The position numbers and the translations under genes are program-made. Of a stretch of DNA of 64,000 nucleotides, positions 21,764 through 32,273 are shown in pieces (positions within the stretch are counted from its first letter, which is position 1; each line of letters opens with the position of its first letter). The notes beneath the pieces are model-generated. The model saw only the letters and a list, made by a program, of their open reading frames with translations, made no database searches and had not been told where the DNA came from. Source of the DNA: Chlamydiales bacterium (GTDB lineage: Bacteria > Chlamydiota > Chlamydiia > Chlamydiales > JAAZZY01); NCBI GenBank assembly GCA_965206695.1, contig CBDBKM010000010.1, positions 1-64,000 on the forward strand. Direction: 5' to 3'.

Positions 21764-23705
21764 TTATTTCTTTTTAAAAAACGGCAAAATAACTTGGATT
21801 AACCATTGGTCTGCAGCTTTACGAATAGCTATAGAATAAGTGGGATAAGGAGAGATTAGATGAGCTAATTTTCTTAAAGAGATATTGAATTTCATGGCGA
21901 GAGATAGCTCACTTAGCATTTCTCCTGCATCGGGCCCGGCAATAGTTGCTCCTAGAATGTGGCTGCTCCATTTTGTAGTGACTATTTTAATGAATCCTTC
22001 CCTTCTGTTCTCTATAATAACTCTATCTACTTCTGTAAAAGGCAGGGTATAGATTTTAAGTTTCTCTTTCTTAAATTCTTTTAAAGCATCTTCCTCCGGA
22101 AGACTTATGTCGGCAATTTCAGGATCTGTAAGGGTCTGTTCAGCGCAAATTTGTTTATTTGTCTTCTGATCTTTGATAGTTAAAGTTACACTCGATATTT
22201 CTTTGGTAATTTCTTCTTTTTTTAAGGTATCAGATATGAGCTTTTGAGCTTCGGGCTCTTCCCTTGTAGGTAAGTGATCATGATACTTACCTTTGATCCT
22301 AGACGAGAAAAGGCTTACGCTAGTTCACTGCCCATAGGGCCTCCTTCTAAAACAAGGAGTGAAGAAGCAATTTTTTTAGATTAAAGATGGTTTTATTCGT
22401 TAAGTAGAGGGTATTTGCTATTCCCGGGATCGAAAGAATAAAGGGCGTTGATCCACAAATCATAGCAAAGTTTTTGCTTTTTACGATTTTTAAATTTCCA
22501 TCGATTCACCGGACATTGATAGTATAAGAATCTATCAATGAAGCTGTATAGTATTTTAATTTTTATTTGATAATATGTTATCCTTCTTTTTTTATACAAA
22601 CAGTAAGGACAAAACAATGCCTAGAGCCTATTCAGTAGATCTTCGAGAGAAAGTATGACAACATATAGAAAAACATCATGATAAAAAAACAGCCGGCCAT
22701 ATTTTTCAAGTAGGTATCGCAACAATATATCGATGGATCTTGCAAAAAAAGCAAAAAGGACATTTAAAGCCAATCCGCAGAAAATATGCTTATAAGAAAT
22801 TAGATGATGAGTTGTTATCTAAATATGTAGAAAAACATCCGGATTATTTTTTATCGGAAATTGCTGATTATTTTTCAGTCACTCCGCAAACGATTTTTTA
22901 TGCCCTTAAAAGATTAAAAATTACACGAAAAAAAAAACTACTCGCTATAAGGAAAGAGATGAAAAGAAACGGGAAGCTTTTATGAAAGATTTAAAAAATA
23001 TTCCCTTTGACAAGAGAATTTATCTCGATGAAACCGGGATTCATCAATTTTTATTTCGTGAGTCCGGAAGAAGCTTACGCGGCAAAAAAGTTTTTGGAGC
23101 GGTTTCAGGAAACCGCTTTATAAGGCAAAATATTATTTCAGCCCTATCTAAAGGGCAGTTTTTATCTCCAATGTGTTTTGAAGGTACTTGTAATACCGGG
23201 TTATTCAATATTTGGCTTAAGGAAGTTTTGACTCCTCAGCTTACACCCGGTAGTGTTCTTATTCTTGACAATGCCGGTTTTCACAAGTCAGCGGAAAGCA
23301 GGAAAACAGTAGAATCTGCCGGTTGTAAGCTTATGTTTCTTCCTCCATATTCTCCGGACTTAAATCCTATAGAAAAATATTGGGCTAATATGAAAAATAA
23401 AGTTAGAGAGATATTACGAAAAGTTACGAATTTTAAATTCGCCATTGATCAAGCAATCTTATCAATATAAAATTAAATGACTATACCATCTGTCTGTTGC
23501 TTGATCACAATTGAATTCAGAGCCGGAGAAGTTAACGCCAAAAAATGATGAGCAATTTTCGAGCCGGCAATTAGGAAGTTACTTGGGATACAGCCGAAGT
23601 TAGTGCAGTCACCACCAAAATTGTCTGCTTCAACTAACAGAATATTTTTTCCGGCTTTAGCATAACCAATAACTAAAACCAACCCACTAGCTCCTGCTCC
23701 ATTGC
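21764..23705 (-). pseudogene. Pyridine nucleotide-disulfide oxidoreductase (mercuric reductase/dihydrolipoamide dehydrogenase-like), decayed and interrupted by IS630-A copy 3
   Basis: GAGASG...GGDCTNFGCIPS redox motif. After the IS: GGPMGSELA*AFSRLGSKV, ILGATIAGPDAGEMLSE, PYPTYSIAIRKAAD. Stops and deletions present. Confidence 0.85.
22547..23485 (+). mobile_element. IS630-A copy 3 (nonsense TGA at orfA codon 14)
   Basis: Near-identical to copy 1, TA-flanked. Confidence 0.95.
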
Positions 23706-23778
23706 ATTTAGCCCTTGAAGTAATATCACATCAAGCTCTTTTCAATAGCGTTAAAGAAGAGAGGTGTCAAGATTTACT

Positions 23779-25200
23779 TCAAAGAGCAATATATTTGATG
23801 ATGTAAAAAATAATGATGGTTAAACCGGCTCCTGCCGGAATTGTTATGACCCATGCCACGCCGATATCTCTTAAAACCCGTAAATTTAAAGCGCTAATAC
23901 CACGGGCTAAACCAACCCCTAAAACGGCGCCGACTAAAGTGTGAGTGGTCGAAATGGGCAGGCCTATTTTGGAGGCGGCTACTATCGTAATGGCCGCAGC
24001 TAATTCAGCAGCAAAACCCCGAGTAGGGGTTAAATCTGTTATTTTTTTACCTATCGTTTCAATAACTCGCCAACCCCAGGTAGCCAATCCGATCACTATT
24101 CCAATACCTCCAATGGCCAGCATCCACATTGGGATTGTTGACTGCATGGTTACAACACCGGATTTTAATATAGAAAAAATAGCAGCTAAAGGTCCGATAG
24201 AGTTTGCAACATCATTAGCTCCATGAGCAAAGGCAACAAAACAAGCACTTAAGATCTGAAGTCCTGCAAATATTTTTTCGACCTTAAGCGTATCAGCGTT
24301 TGTAATATGATGTTGCACGGTTTTTTGAGTATTATGTGAAACTTGCTCCAGATCACCTAAGATGTGTCCAACTTGTTTTTGTAAAGGCCCTTTAGCCATA
24401 GATCGGGTTCGTCTTAAATGTTTTAATGATTTATTTAAACTAGTCAAAACCTGAAAATCATAGGCTTCTTCTTTAGCTTCTTCTTTATCGGAATGAATTT
24501 TTAAAATAAAAAAAAGACTGATTAGCCCAAAAAAAATACCAACAATACACGCAATTCCTAAGGAAGGAAAGAAAGGAAGATCAAGATGTAAATGTTTCAA
24601 GCCACCATAAATCATAGAAAGCGATAAAATAGTAAAAACAATGGCGACTAAAAAGGGTGCAATGCGTTTAGTTGCTTTAACCGGGGTAGAAGAATAAAAT
24701 ATTTTTCTTTGAATAAAGGTAAATAAGACATAGGCAATAGTGGCTCCCATTAAAGGAGAGATGATCCAACTTGCCCCTATTGAAAGAGTTTCTGACCATT
24801 TTATGGAGTGAATCCCTCCATAAACTAATCCAAAACCTAAAAGAGCGCCTACAATAGAATGTGTCGTTGATACGGGCCATCCGTAATAAGTAGCTAATTG
24901 TAGCCAAATACCTGTAGCTAAAAGCGCAGATAACATCCCATACACAAGAATTAAGGGATGATCTATAAAAAGCTCAGTATTAATGATACCTTTTTGAATG
25001 GTTTCGGAGACATCGCCACCTACGAAAAAAGCACCTAAAAATTCTAAGATAGAGGCAAAAATAACAGCTCGCTTCAGCGTTAATGCCCCGGATCCAACAG
25101 AAGTGCCCATAGCATTGGCTACATCATTGGCTCCTATATTCCAGGTCATATAAAAACCAAAAGCAAGAGCAAGAATGAGAAGTATGGTCGCTTGATCCAT
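23779..25200 (-). CDS. PiT-family inorganic phosphate transporter
   Basis: Two GANDVAN motifs; PVSTTH and PISTTH. Confidence 0.95.
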   Translation of the reverse strand: MDQATILLILALAFGFYMTWNIGANDVANAMGTSVGSGALTLKRAVIFASILEFLGAFFVGGDVSETIQKGIINTELFIDHPLILVYGMLSALLATGIWLQLATYYGWPVSTTHSIVGALLGFGLVYGGIHSIKWSETLSIGASWIISPLMGATIAYVLFTFIQRKIFYSSTPVKATKRIAPFLVAIVFTILSLSMIYGGLKHLHLDLPFFPSLGIACIVGIFFGLISLFFILKIHSDKEEAKEEAYDFQVLTSLNKSLKHLRRTRSMAKGPLQKQVGHILGDLEQVSHNTQKTVQHHITNADTLKVEKIFAGLQILSACFVAFAHGANDVANSIGPLAAIFSILKSGVVTMQSTIPMWMLAIGGIGIVIGLATWGWRVIETIGKKITDLTPTRGFAAELAAAITIVAASKIGLPISTTHTLVGAVLGVGLARGISALNLRVLRDIGVAWVITIPAGAGLTIIIFYIIKYIAL

Positions 25201-25212
25201 TTAGGTTGTTAC

Positions 25213-25887
25213 CTACTTTGTTTCAATCGTCATTCGTATACAATTAGCCAATTTCTCGGATAAATCCGATATATTACCAACCCCTTCTAAAATACGCATC
25301 CAAATGTGAAAAACAGTGTAAGGGATTTCGTTCTCTAAATTAAGTAATACTTTTAATAAATTTCGCTGAATAAGATCAGCTTCATGTTCTTTAAAGGCAA
25401 CATCGTCAACCATTCCTTTAACGGACTCCGCTTCTAGGCCACCGAAAGAAGACTGCAGGAGTTCATGTAACTCATAGATAATCTGTTTAGCAATTCTAAA
25501 GGACTGCAAATTCTTTTCTAGAAAGGCTTTAAAATCAGATCTGATCGCTTCAGGAAAAGGAATGGGTCGTAGTGCGAGCAGTATTCCGATATCTTCAGCC
25601 TGATCGGCAAGACTATCTTGCAAAGATAAAATATATAACAGGTTTTCTCGATCCATTGGGAGAAAAAGACTCTTTGGAAGATGATTGCGGATATCATTCT
25701 TCGTCAGGTCGGCTTGATGCTCTAAGCTTGAGATAGTTTTAGCAATATCTTGAATAGCTTGCGGATCGGACTTGTCAAACGCTTCAAAGATGTCGATGAG
25801 TTTTTCAACACAATCAGCCACTTTCTCCATATGGGTTTGTATGGGTGCAAATGGGGACTTTCCGAATAGAGTAGAGATTGCTCTCAT
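25213..25887 (-). CDS. DUF47/TIGR00153 PhoU-like phosphate transport regulator
   Basis: LFGKSPF start; EHQAD and EHEAD repeats; immediately upstream of PiT. Confidence 0.9.
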   Translation of the reverse strand: MRAISTLFGKSPFAPIQTHMEKVADCVEKLIDIFEAFDKSDPQAIQDIAKTISSLEHQADLTKNDIRNHLPKSLFLPMDRENLLYILSLQDSLADQAEDIGILLALRPIPFPEAIRSDFKAFLEKNLQSFRIAKQIIYELHELLQSSFGGLEAESVKGMVDDVAFKEHEADLIQRNLLKVLLNLENEIPYTVFHIWMRILEGVGNISDLSEKLANCIRMTIETK

Positions 25888-26062
25888 GTGTTTATCCTTA
25901 GATAGAAAATTTCTGTAAGTTAAAACGAATAAAAAGGTTATTCAATACTCTTTTTAATTGAAACATTTTAAAGAGTAAAGATGAAAAAAGACAACTCTAT
26001 CTTGATCCAAAAAGGATATAATAAAGTTTTTAGAATATAGATTTCTTTCTATTTATAACAAT

Positions 26063-26520
26063 TAAGCGAGAAAACCTTTTGCTTTGGCATTGGGATGAAA
26101 GCGTCTATTTGTTTTTTTGCTTTTGGATATACTTCCTAATTGTATATTTATTTAGTTTTCCCGCACTATTAACATAATACGATTTTGTCCATAATGTAAG
26201 CAATCGAGATTTTAAATTTGAGAATTTTTGCCTTAACAAGTGATTATCGGATCCTTTAAGTTGACCAATTATAAACTGTTGACATTAAATGGATTGAGTT
26301 TTGATAAACATATGTACACGGTCAGGCATAATATCAAATGCTTTAATCGCTATAGAGAGTTGATTGACTTTTCTGTCTAATAACTCTCTTATTTTTTTCT
26401 CAATCTTTCCATCGAGAACTTTTTTTCTATACTTAGTACACCAAAATAATATGATAATTAAGATTAAAAATAACCGTATTTGAAGTTTGCCGTCTTTCCA
26501 TGTGGACAATATAATAGTAG
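26063..26520 (-). mobile_element. tnpA: IS200/IS605 left end and frameshifted tnpA (Y1 HUH transposase) pseudogene
   Basis: VIFNLNYHII / WCTKYRKKVL; IMPDRVHMF (degenerate HUH); LLTLWTKSYYV; KYIQKQK. Hairpin-bearing end at 26063-26103. Confidence 0.85.
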
Positions 26521-26667
26521 TTTAAATTATAAATTTCAATAAAAACTCGGTCATCACTCATTCGATAGAATACAAATTGTACGGTCAATTCTATCGACTT
26601 AGTAATAAAAATTATAATGTAAACTACGATACATCGAAATTGAAGTATTGTCATTAAAATTGAAAAA

Positions 26668-27846
26668 TTATTGATTAAGTGCTGTTTTATAGGCCAAAAT
26701 AGTCCTATTAATAGTCTTGTCCCAAGAGAATTGTTTAGATCTCAATAAGCCTTTTTTACTAAGAGATTCTTGTAGCCGGTTTGATTGATAAAGAGATAAC
26801 ATGTTTTCTACAATTACCTCTTGATTTTCAGGATGAACTAAAAGACCCGCATTACCGACGACTTCAGGAATTGAAGAGGTATTACTAACAATCAAAGGTG
26901 TTCCGCATGACATGGCTTCAAGGAGAGGTAGGCCAAAACCTTCATAATGAGACAAAAATAAAAATCCTATAGCATGGCTATAAAAAGAGGCTAAATCATG
27001 ATCCTCTACGAAGGGGAGATGAATACATCGATTGCTAAGTCCTTGTTTGTTGATCACTTCTTGGTATGTTCTGGCAATTTCAGGAGTTGACCTGGTATAA
27101 GGCCCTAATAATAGAAGATTTAAATCCTTTATATGATGATCTTGTATCAATTTAGCAAAGCTTTTAATCATCATAGAAACATTTTTTCGTGATTCTAATC
27201 GTCCGATATGAAGAAAGTACGGTGTGTCTATAAGGGCGTATTTTTTCCTTATTTTCTTAAATATATCACTATTATGACAGGGATAAAAAAGAGAGGGGTC
27301 AGCAGCTTCTTGTGTAACAAAGATCTTGTTGGGATCGACTAATAAATGAGTGATAAGATCTGATTTGGTTTGTTCAGAAGGACAACAAATCCAACTATTT
27401 TTATCGATGCTTGCGTAGGTTTTCATCACATTTTTTAAAAAAGGCAAACTAACATATTGAGGATAGATAATCGGAATAAGGTCATGAATTGTGATAAAAG
27501 AGATGATTTTTTTATTCTTTTTAATAAGGTAAGGTATAGGGATGTCATGAGAAGGGGTATGGTAGATATCGGTTTCTAAGAAATTTTTTTCATTCAGGTA
27601 TTTAGGTAAGGGTAAATGATTCGAATCATAAGGCATTCGAGTATGGAGATATTCTTGGCATTTTTTCAGATAAGAATGTTCTCGACTGACGTATAAGGAG
27701 AGATGGCATTCATTAGATTGATGTAAGTATTGGACTATATGATGAGTATATCGACAAATACCACCCCTAGTTGAAGGAACCTGAATAGTATAGCCGAGAT
27801 TAGAAATGTCTAAAGCAAGGCGTACTTTATTTTGGAGGAGAATCGT
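26668..27846 (-). CDS. GT4-family (group 1) glycosyltransferase; true N-terminus extends about 70 codons upstream of the ATG at 27636
   Basis: TIHDLIP, GRLESRKN and SHYEGFGLPLLEAMSCG. The open frame upstream reads KVRLALDISNL...TRGGICRY, a typical GT4 N-terminus. Confidence 0.88.
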   Translation of the reverse strand, partial: TILLQNKVRLALDISNLGYTIQVPSTRGGICRYTHHIVQYLHQSNECHLSLYVSREHSYLKKCQEYLHTRMPYDSNHLPLPKYLNEKNFLETDIYHTPSHDIPIPYLIKKNKKIISFITIHDLIPIIYPQYVSLPFLKNVMKTYASIDKNSWICCPSEQTKSDLITHLLVDPNKIFVTQEAADPSLFYPCHNSDIFKKIRKKYALIDTPYFLHIGRLESRKNVSMMIKSFAKLIQDHHIKDLNLLLLGPYTRSTPEIARTYQEVINKQGLSNRCIHLPFVEDHDLASFYSHAIGFLFLSHYEGFGLPLLEAMSCGTPLIVSNTSSIPEVVGNAGLLVHPENQEVIVENMLSLYQSNRLQESLSKKGLLRSKQFSWDKTINRTILAYKTALNQ

Positions 27847-28354
27847 GATATTGTCCCGGTTTATTATGATGATGCGATTGAAGGCAAGATCGTGACCCGC
27901 TTCCTGCAGGGATGCCCATTAAAAAAGCCAGCATGATGTAAGGAATGAAAAAGGATAAAACAATCGCAATGATTCCAATAATAGATTGTGTCACAATGTC
28001 TTGCTTTTTGATAAAACCACCGGTTTTATGAAGAGCGGAATCAATATTGTCATAAAGAAAGAAAGCAGCAAGAAAACCGATTCCTGTCAAACCAAGGCTG
28101 AAGCCGGGGTAATTCACCATACCAACAATAACTGAGATAATGATCGTAATGACATAAAAGACCTCAATATAATACTTATTCAGTATTTTTTTTGTGTCTT
28201 TGATTTTTGGATGCTTTTTTAATGTATCAAATTTGGACTCAGGGGTTTCATTATGTTGTCCTCCCTGTTCTTGTTGTCCTCCCTCACGCCTAGATCGATT
28301 CTGTTTATTCGGGTCTTCGGGACTATGCGGTGTTGGTACATCCCCTTCAGCCAT
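27827..28354 (-). CDS. Hypothetical membrane protein with two hydrophobic hairpins
   Basis: GGAGG upstream of the ATG at 28354; charged N-terminus then four hydrophobic segments. Confidence 0.7.
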   Translation of the reverse strand: MAEGDVPTPHSPEDPNKQNRSRREGGQQEQGGQHNETPESKFDTLKKHPKIKDTKKILNKYYIEVFYVITIIISVIVGMVNYPGFSLGLTGIGFLAAFFLYDNIDSALHKTGGFIKKQDIVTQSIIGIIAIVLSFFIPYIMLAFLMGIPAGSGSRSCLQSHHHNKPGQYHDSPPK

Positions 28355-28504
28355 GTCTACCTCCAATGTTAAAGGGTCATTATATTTAAGATATAGTATA
28401 AAAACTAATTTAAGTGCAAATAGTCAAAGATAAATCATTAAAGTTTTGCAATATTTGCCTTAAACTTCTATAAATTAATAGGATTTTGTTGTTTCGAGAT
28501 TAAA

Positions 28505-29815
28505 ATGTGGGCCTTAGCAAATCGAATTTTACTTCTTTTTACTTCTATTCTGATATTTTTGGGCCTATTCATTATGGCCTTTCCTTCAACAGCCAAAAAT
28601 TTCCGAAATGTAGATCAAAGTGAAAAAAATATTCTCCCCTTGTTTCATTTACGAGGAACGCAAGAATGTTCACTTTCAGATAAGGGAATTTTAAGTCTCA
28701 AGAATCAGGAAGTTGAGATATATCATCCGGATTTAAGTGATCAGTTCATCTTTTTCGGTCAAAACACGAGGCCGGATGCGGACTTCTCTCCTTTTTTTAT
28801 TTTAGAAAAGCCCATATCTCAAGAGAAGGTCTTATTTCCTAATTCCATGTATTATATTAGAGATAATAAAGGACACCCTTCCAATTATTCCATTTTTAGT
28901 CCCGAGACTCAACCGACTCCTTTATGGCTGGAATGTTCAGGAACAGAAGATCTTTTAACAGTATCTCTTTTCTATGGGTCTTTGGAGAACCAGAGGGTTT
29001 TGCTTAAAAGCTATTTTTTCCCTAAACAAGAATATTCAGGACAAGATGATATTATCAAAATAGGTTCGTTTTTTATTGATCCTCATATTCTTATGAGACA
29101 ACGAGCTTGTTGGGTCGGTCCCGATCTCTTTCTTACACACTATGGTGGTATTGAATATCTCAATCAAACAGAAAAGCATCGAATTGATTTTCAAAATGAG
29201 GAGAATCATTACTCGTGTTTTGTAGGAGAAGGAGACGTTTTAAGCTGGGAGGAGGACCATTGGGAACTCTTAGCAGCAGAAGAAAAAGCTCAAAAGCATA
29301 TTCTTATGAGGATTGAGAAAATTGAAAATCGGTTAATGCATTTGAAGCTCTGGTCTAGTGAAGGAAAGAAAAAAGTTCTATGTATTTTAAGTCGATTCAA
29401 CGTCCATGAAATCCCAAAAGAATTACAGCCGTTAAAATATATAGGGGCAAGGACTCATAGAAAATGGTTGTTTGAGAGTAACCATAAACGCATTTGTTTA
29501 GGAGCGGGTGATTGGCTACTGCATTCTAAAGAATTTGGATGGGTCAAACTCAATACCCCACAAGATATTGAGGCTTATCTCAAACAAGAGATTAAAGGGG
29601 AATTATTTATCGTAAAAAAGTTGATGCTAAAAGAAGGACAAAAAATATTAAGTGGCAACTTATTTAATATATCCCGAACGGATTTTAAAGAAATCGATGT
29701 AATCGTTGAAGATACAAAGCAAAAAAATCAAAAGCTAAGCAGTCGGTATAAAAGCTTCTTTGCAAACACAGCAGCCCCAAAAAATCCTACAACTCTTATT
29801 TGCACTCAAAAATAA
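28505..29815 (+). CDS. Membrane-anchored protein heading the T2SS operon (possible GspC-like)
   Basis: N-terminal TM helix; directly upstream of gspD as in chlamydial gsp clusters. Function inferred from position only. Confidence 0.6.
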   Translation: MWALANRILLLFTSILIFLGLFIMAFPSTAKNFRNVDQSEKNILPLFHLRGTQECSLSDKGILSLKNQEVEIYHPDLSDQFIFFGQNTRPDADFSPFFILEKPISQEKVLFPNSMYYIRDNKGHPSNYSIFSPETQPTPLWLECSGTEDLLTVSLFYGSLENQRVLLKSYFFPKQEYSGQDDIIKIGSFFIDPHILMRQRACWVGPDLFLTHYGGIEYLNQTEKHRIDFQNEENHYSCFVGEGDVLSWEEDHWELLAAEEKAQKHILMRIEKIENRLMHLKLWSSEGKKKVLCILSRFNVHEIPKELQPLKYIGARTHRKWLFESNHKRICLGAGDWLLHSKEFGWVKLNTPQDIEAYLKQEIKGELFIVKKLMLKEGQKILSGNLFNISRTDFKEIDVIVEDTKQKNQKLSSRYKSFFANTAAPKNPTTLICTQK

Positions 29816-29920
29816 AGTAAAAAAATCGATATTATTGATTAAGGTAATATTTGTATTGTATGAAGAATTGTGCTATACGTGACGTATACAATCATACGTT
29901 GAGTTTCAGGAAAAGATATC

Positions 29921-32266
29921 GTGAATTCTTATAGTTTATTTGCCTTTTTTTGCTTCTTTTTCGTTAGTGTTTTTCTGGGTGCGCAGTCAATTTCTGAAAA
30001 AAAAAATCAATTAATGCCAATCGAAAGCCCTTCTGTGCAAGATTTTGATTATGCAATGGCAATGGTTGATAAGGATTTAAAGTCTTTAAAAGATGAATTA
30101 AGATCTCTTTTTAGACAAGTAAGTGATCTTAATGAACAAGGTGCTTTAGAAAGTCAATATTCTGAATTATTACAAGAAATCCAACAAAAGCGGGCGGAAC
30201 TAAGGAATAAGGAGACTGCCTTAAGAGAGGATATGTCTGCTTGGATAGATGATGAGAGTTATGCTCTTATGCATGCTCCGGGAGCGACAGTAGAAGAACT
30301 CGTCATTGATTATGGAGCACAAGATTTTTTATATTTAATTCCACAAGGTCTGGCTGAAAAAAAATTTAGTATTTGTTCGGCTTTGCCGATACCTAAATCA
30401 TCTTGGAATGAAATGCTAGAGCTTATTCTGGCTCAAAATGGTATTGGTATAAAACAGTTGAATCCGTATATGAAATCACTATATCTGAATAAAGAGGAGT
30501 CACATGCTTCTTTAGAATATATTTGTAATCGAGTTGAGGATTTAGACCTTATTCCTCCTTATCAACGTGCTTGTTTTATTCTTTCTTTAGAAGGTTCAGA
30601 TAGACAAAGGGGGTATTTTTTCTTAAATAAATTTATGGATCCTCATACGACATTTCTACAGGCTATCGGTAATGAAATAGTCATCGTCTCATCTGTAGAA
30701 CATATTAAGGATTTACTCAAATTATATGATTTTGTGCAGTCTAATCCCAAAGCTAAAGAATATAAAATCGTTCCTCTTAAGAAAATTGAACCTAAAGAGA
30801 TGCAAGAAATTTTAGAAGCGTTTTTCTTTGAACGTTCTGAAAAAATTGAGGATAAGACACAACCGGAGCCTTATACTCCTCTTGTGATTCTTCCTTTAGG
30901 ATGTTCTTTAAACAGTCTTTTTCTTCTTGGTTCCGGAGGCGACTTAGATAGAGCGGAAGAGATTGTTTTAGATATAGAAAATCATATAGCTAACCCTAAA
31001 GAGATGACCGTGAACCGGTATATGTGTAGGTATTCAGAAGCAGAAGATTTGGCTAGAATTTTAGATCAGGTTTATCGTGTTTTACTCGATATTTCGAGGG
31101 GACAAACAAACAATAAACCAACTGACACACAGACATCTAACAAGGCATGTGAGACTCGAAATCTTTACAAGATTCCACCTATTTGTGATGTTCCTGCTTT
31201 AGTCGTGAATCCGAAACCCGTAGAACCGCCGAAAAACCCTTCTTATAATACCTCTTACGAAGCTTCAGGAAATTTCATTGTCGATCCTAAAACGGGAATG
31301 ATCATTATGGTAGTAGAACAACATACTCTTGGAAAATTGAAAGACCTTATAAAAAAATTAGATATACCTAAGCAGATGATTCATTTGGAGGTGCTTTTAT
31401 TTGAAAAGAAAGTAACGGATCAAAGTCAATTTGGTTTGAATATTCTTCAATTAGGCGATGCGGCTAAAAACAAACATCTTTTAGGTTTAAAATGGAGTGT
31501 AGATCCATTTGAGACAGCGACGAAAGGAATATTAGACTTTTTTTTCAGTAGAAAAAAGACAGCTTCGGGTATTCCCGCTTATGACTTTGCTTATAGCTTT
31601 TTGATTTCACAAGAAGATGTGCAAATTCATTCCAGTCCTACGGTTACAACTGTTAACCAGACCCCTGCTGTTATCGAACTTGTAGAAGAGCAGTCTCTTG
31701 ATATGGGTACTGTAGAAGATCCTAAAACGAGTACTATCAGTAAGACATTTGTGCGTGCTCAATATGGTATTTTTATTCAAATTACTCCTACTATCAATAT
31801 TGGGAGTGAGGATAATCAATTTCAATCTTATGTGACACTTGAGACAGATATTACTTTTGATACAACTTCTTCAGTTAAGCAAAAGGATCGTCCTGATGTA
31901 TCTCGAAGACATATTCAAAATCAGGTATGCATACCGGATGGGCAAACCGTTATTTTAGGTGGATTAAGGCGAAAAACTACCGAAGACGGGTATGATAAAA
32001 TTCCATTTTTAGGGGATATTCCGGGATTAGGTAAATTATTTAGTTTTTCATCACAAGTTGATAAAACAACCGAGATGTTTGTCTTTATTACACCTAAAAT
32101 TATATCCGATCCGATAACAGAATATGAGAAAATCAGGAAAGAAGAATTGAATAAGCGTCCCGGGGATATTCCTGAATTTCTGAAGAGTTTAAGCGAAGCT
32201 TTTGAGTTACAGCAGTTTAAACAAATGAATCATGGTTTACAATCTCTTTTTGCGAACAGGAGTTGA
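29921..32266 (+). CDS. gspD: Type II secretion secretin GspD
   Basis: KKLDIPKQMI.LEVLLFE; DGQTVILGGL; KIPFLGDIPGLGKLF; EMFVFITPKII. Confidence 0.92.
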   Translation: MNSYSLFAFFCFFFVSVFLGAQSISEKKNQLMPIESPSVQDFDYAMAMVDKDLKSLKDELRSLFRQVSDLNEQGALESQYSELLQEIQQKRAELRNKETALREDMSAWIDDESYALMHAPGATVEELVIDYGAQDFLYLIPQGLAEKKFSICSALPIPKSSWNEMLELILAQNGIGIKQLNPYMKSLYLNKEESHASLEYICNRVEDLDLIPPYQRACFILSLEGSDRQRGYFFLNKFMDPHTTFLQAIGNEIVIVSSVEHIKDLLKLYDFVQSNPKAKEYKIVPLKKIEPKEMQEILEAFFFERSEKIEDKTQPEPYTPLVILPLGCSLNSLFLLGSGGDLDRAEEIVLDIENHIANPKEMTVNRYMCRYSEAEDLARILDQVYRVLLDISRGQTNNKPTDTQTSNKACETRNLYKIPPICDVPALVVNPKPVEPPKNPSYNTSYEASGNFIVDPKTGMIIMVVEQHTLGKLKDLIKKLDIPKQMIHLEVLLFEKKVTDQSQFGLNILQLGDAAKNKHLLGLKWSVDPFETATKGILDFFFSRKKTASGIPAYDFAYSFLISQEDVQIHSSPTVTTVNQTPAVIELVEEQSLDMGTVEDPKTSTISKTFVRAQYGIFIQITPTINIGSEDNQFQSYVTLETDITFDTTSSVKQKDRPDVSRRHIQNQVCIPDGQTVILGGLRRKTTEDGYDKIPFLGDIPGLGKLFSFSSQVDKTTEMFVFITPKIISDPITEYEKIRKEELNKRPGDIPEFLKSLSEAFELQQFKQMNHGLQSLFANRS

Positions 32267-32273
32267 ATAAACA

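Noticed and set aside
21781..21790. 10-bp match (ACGGCAAAAT) to the putative omega-RNA guide at 37709
   Set aside because: Too short to distinguish from chance in AT-rich DNA.
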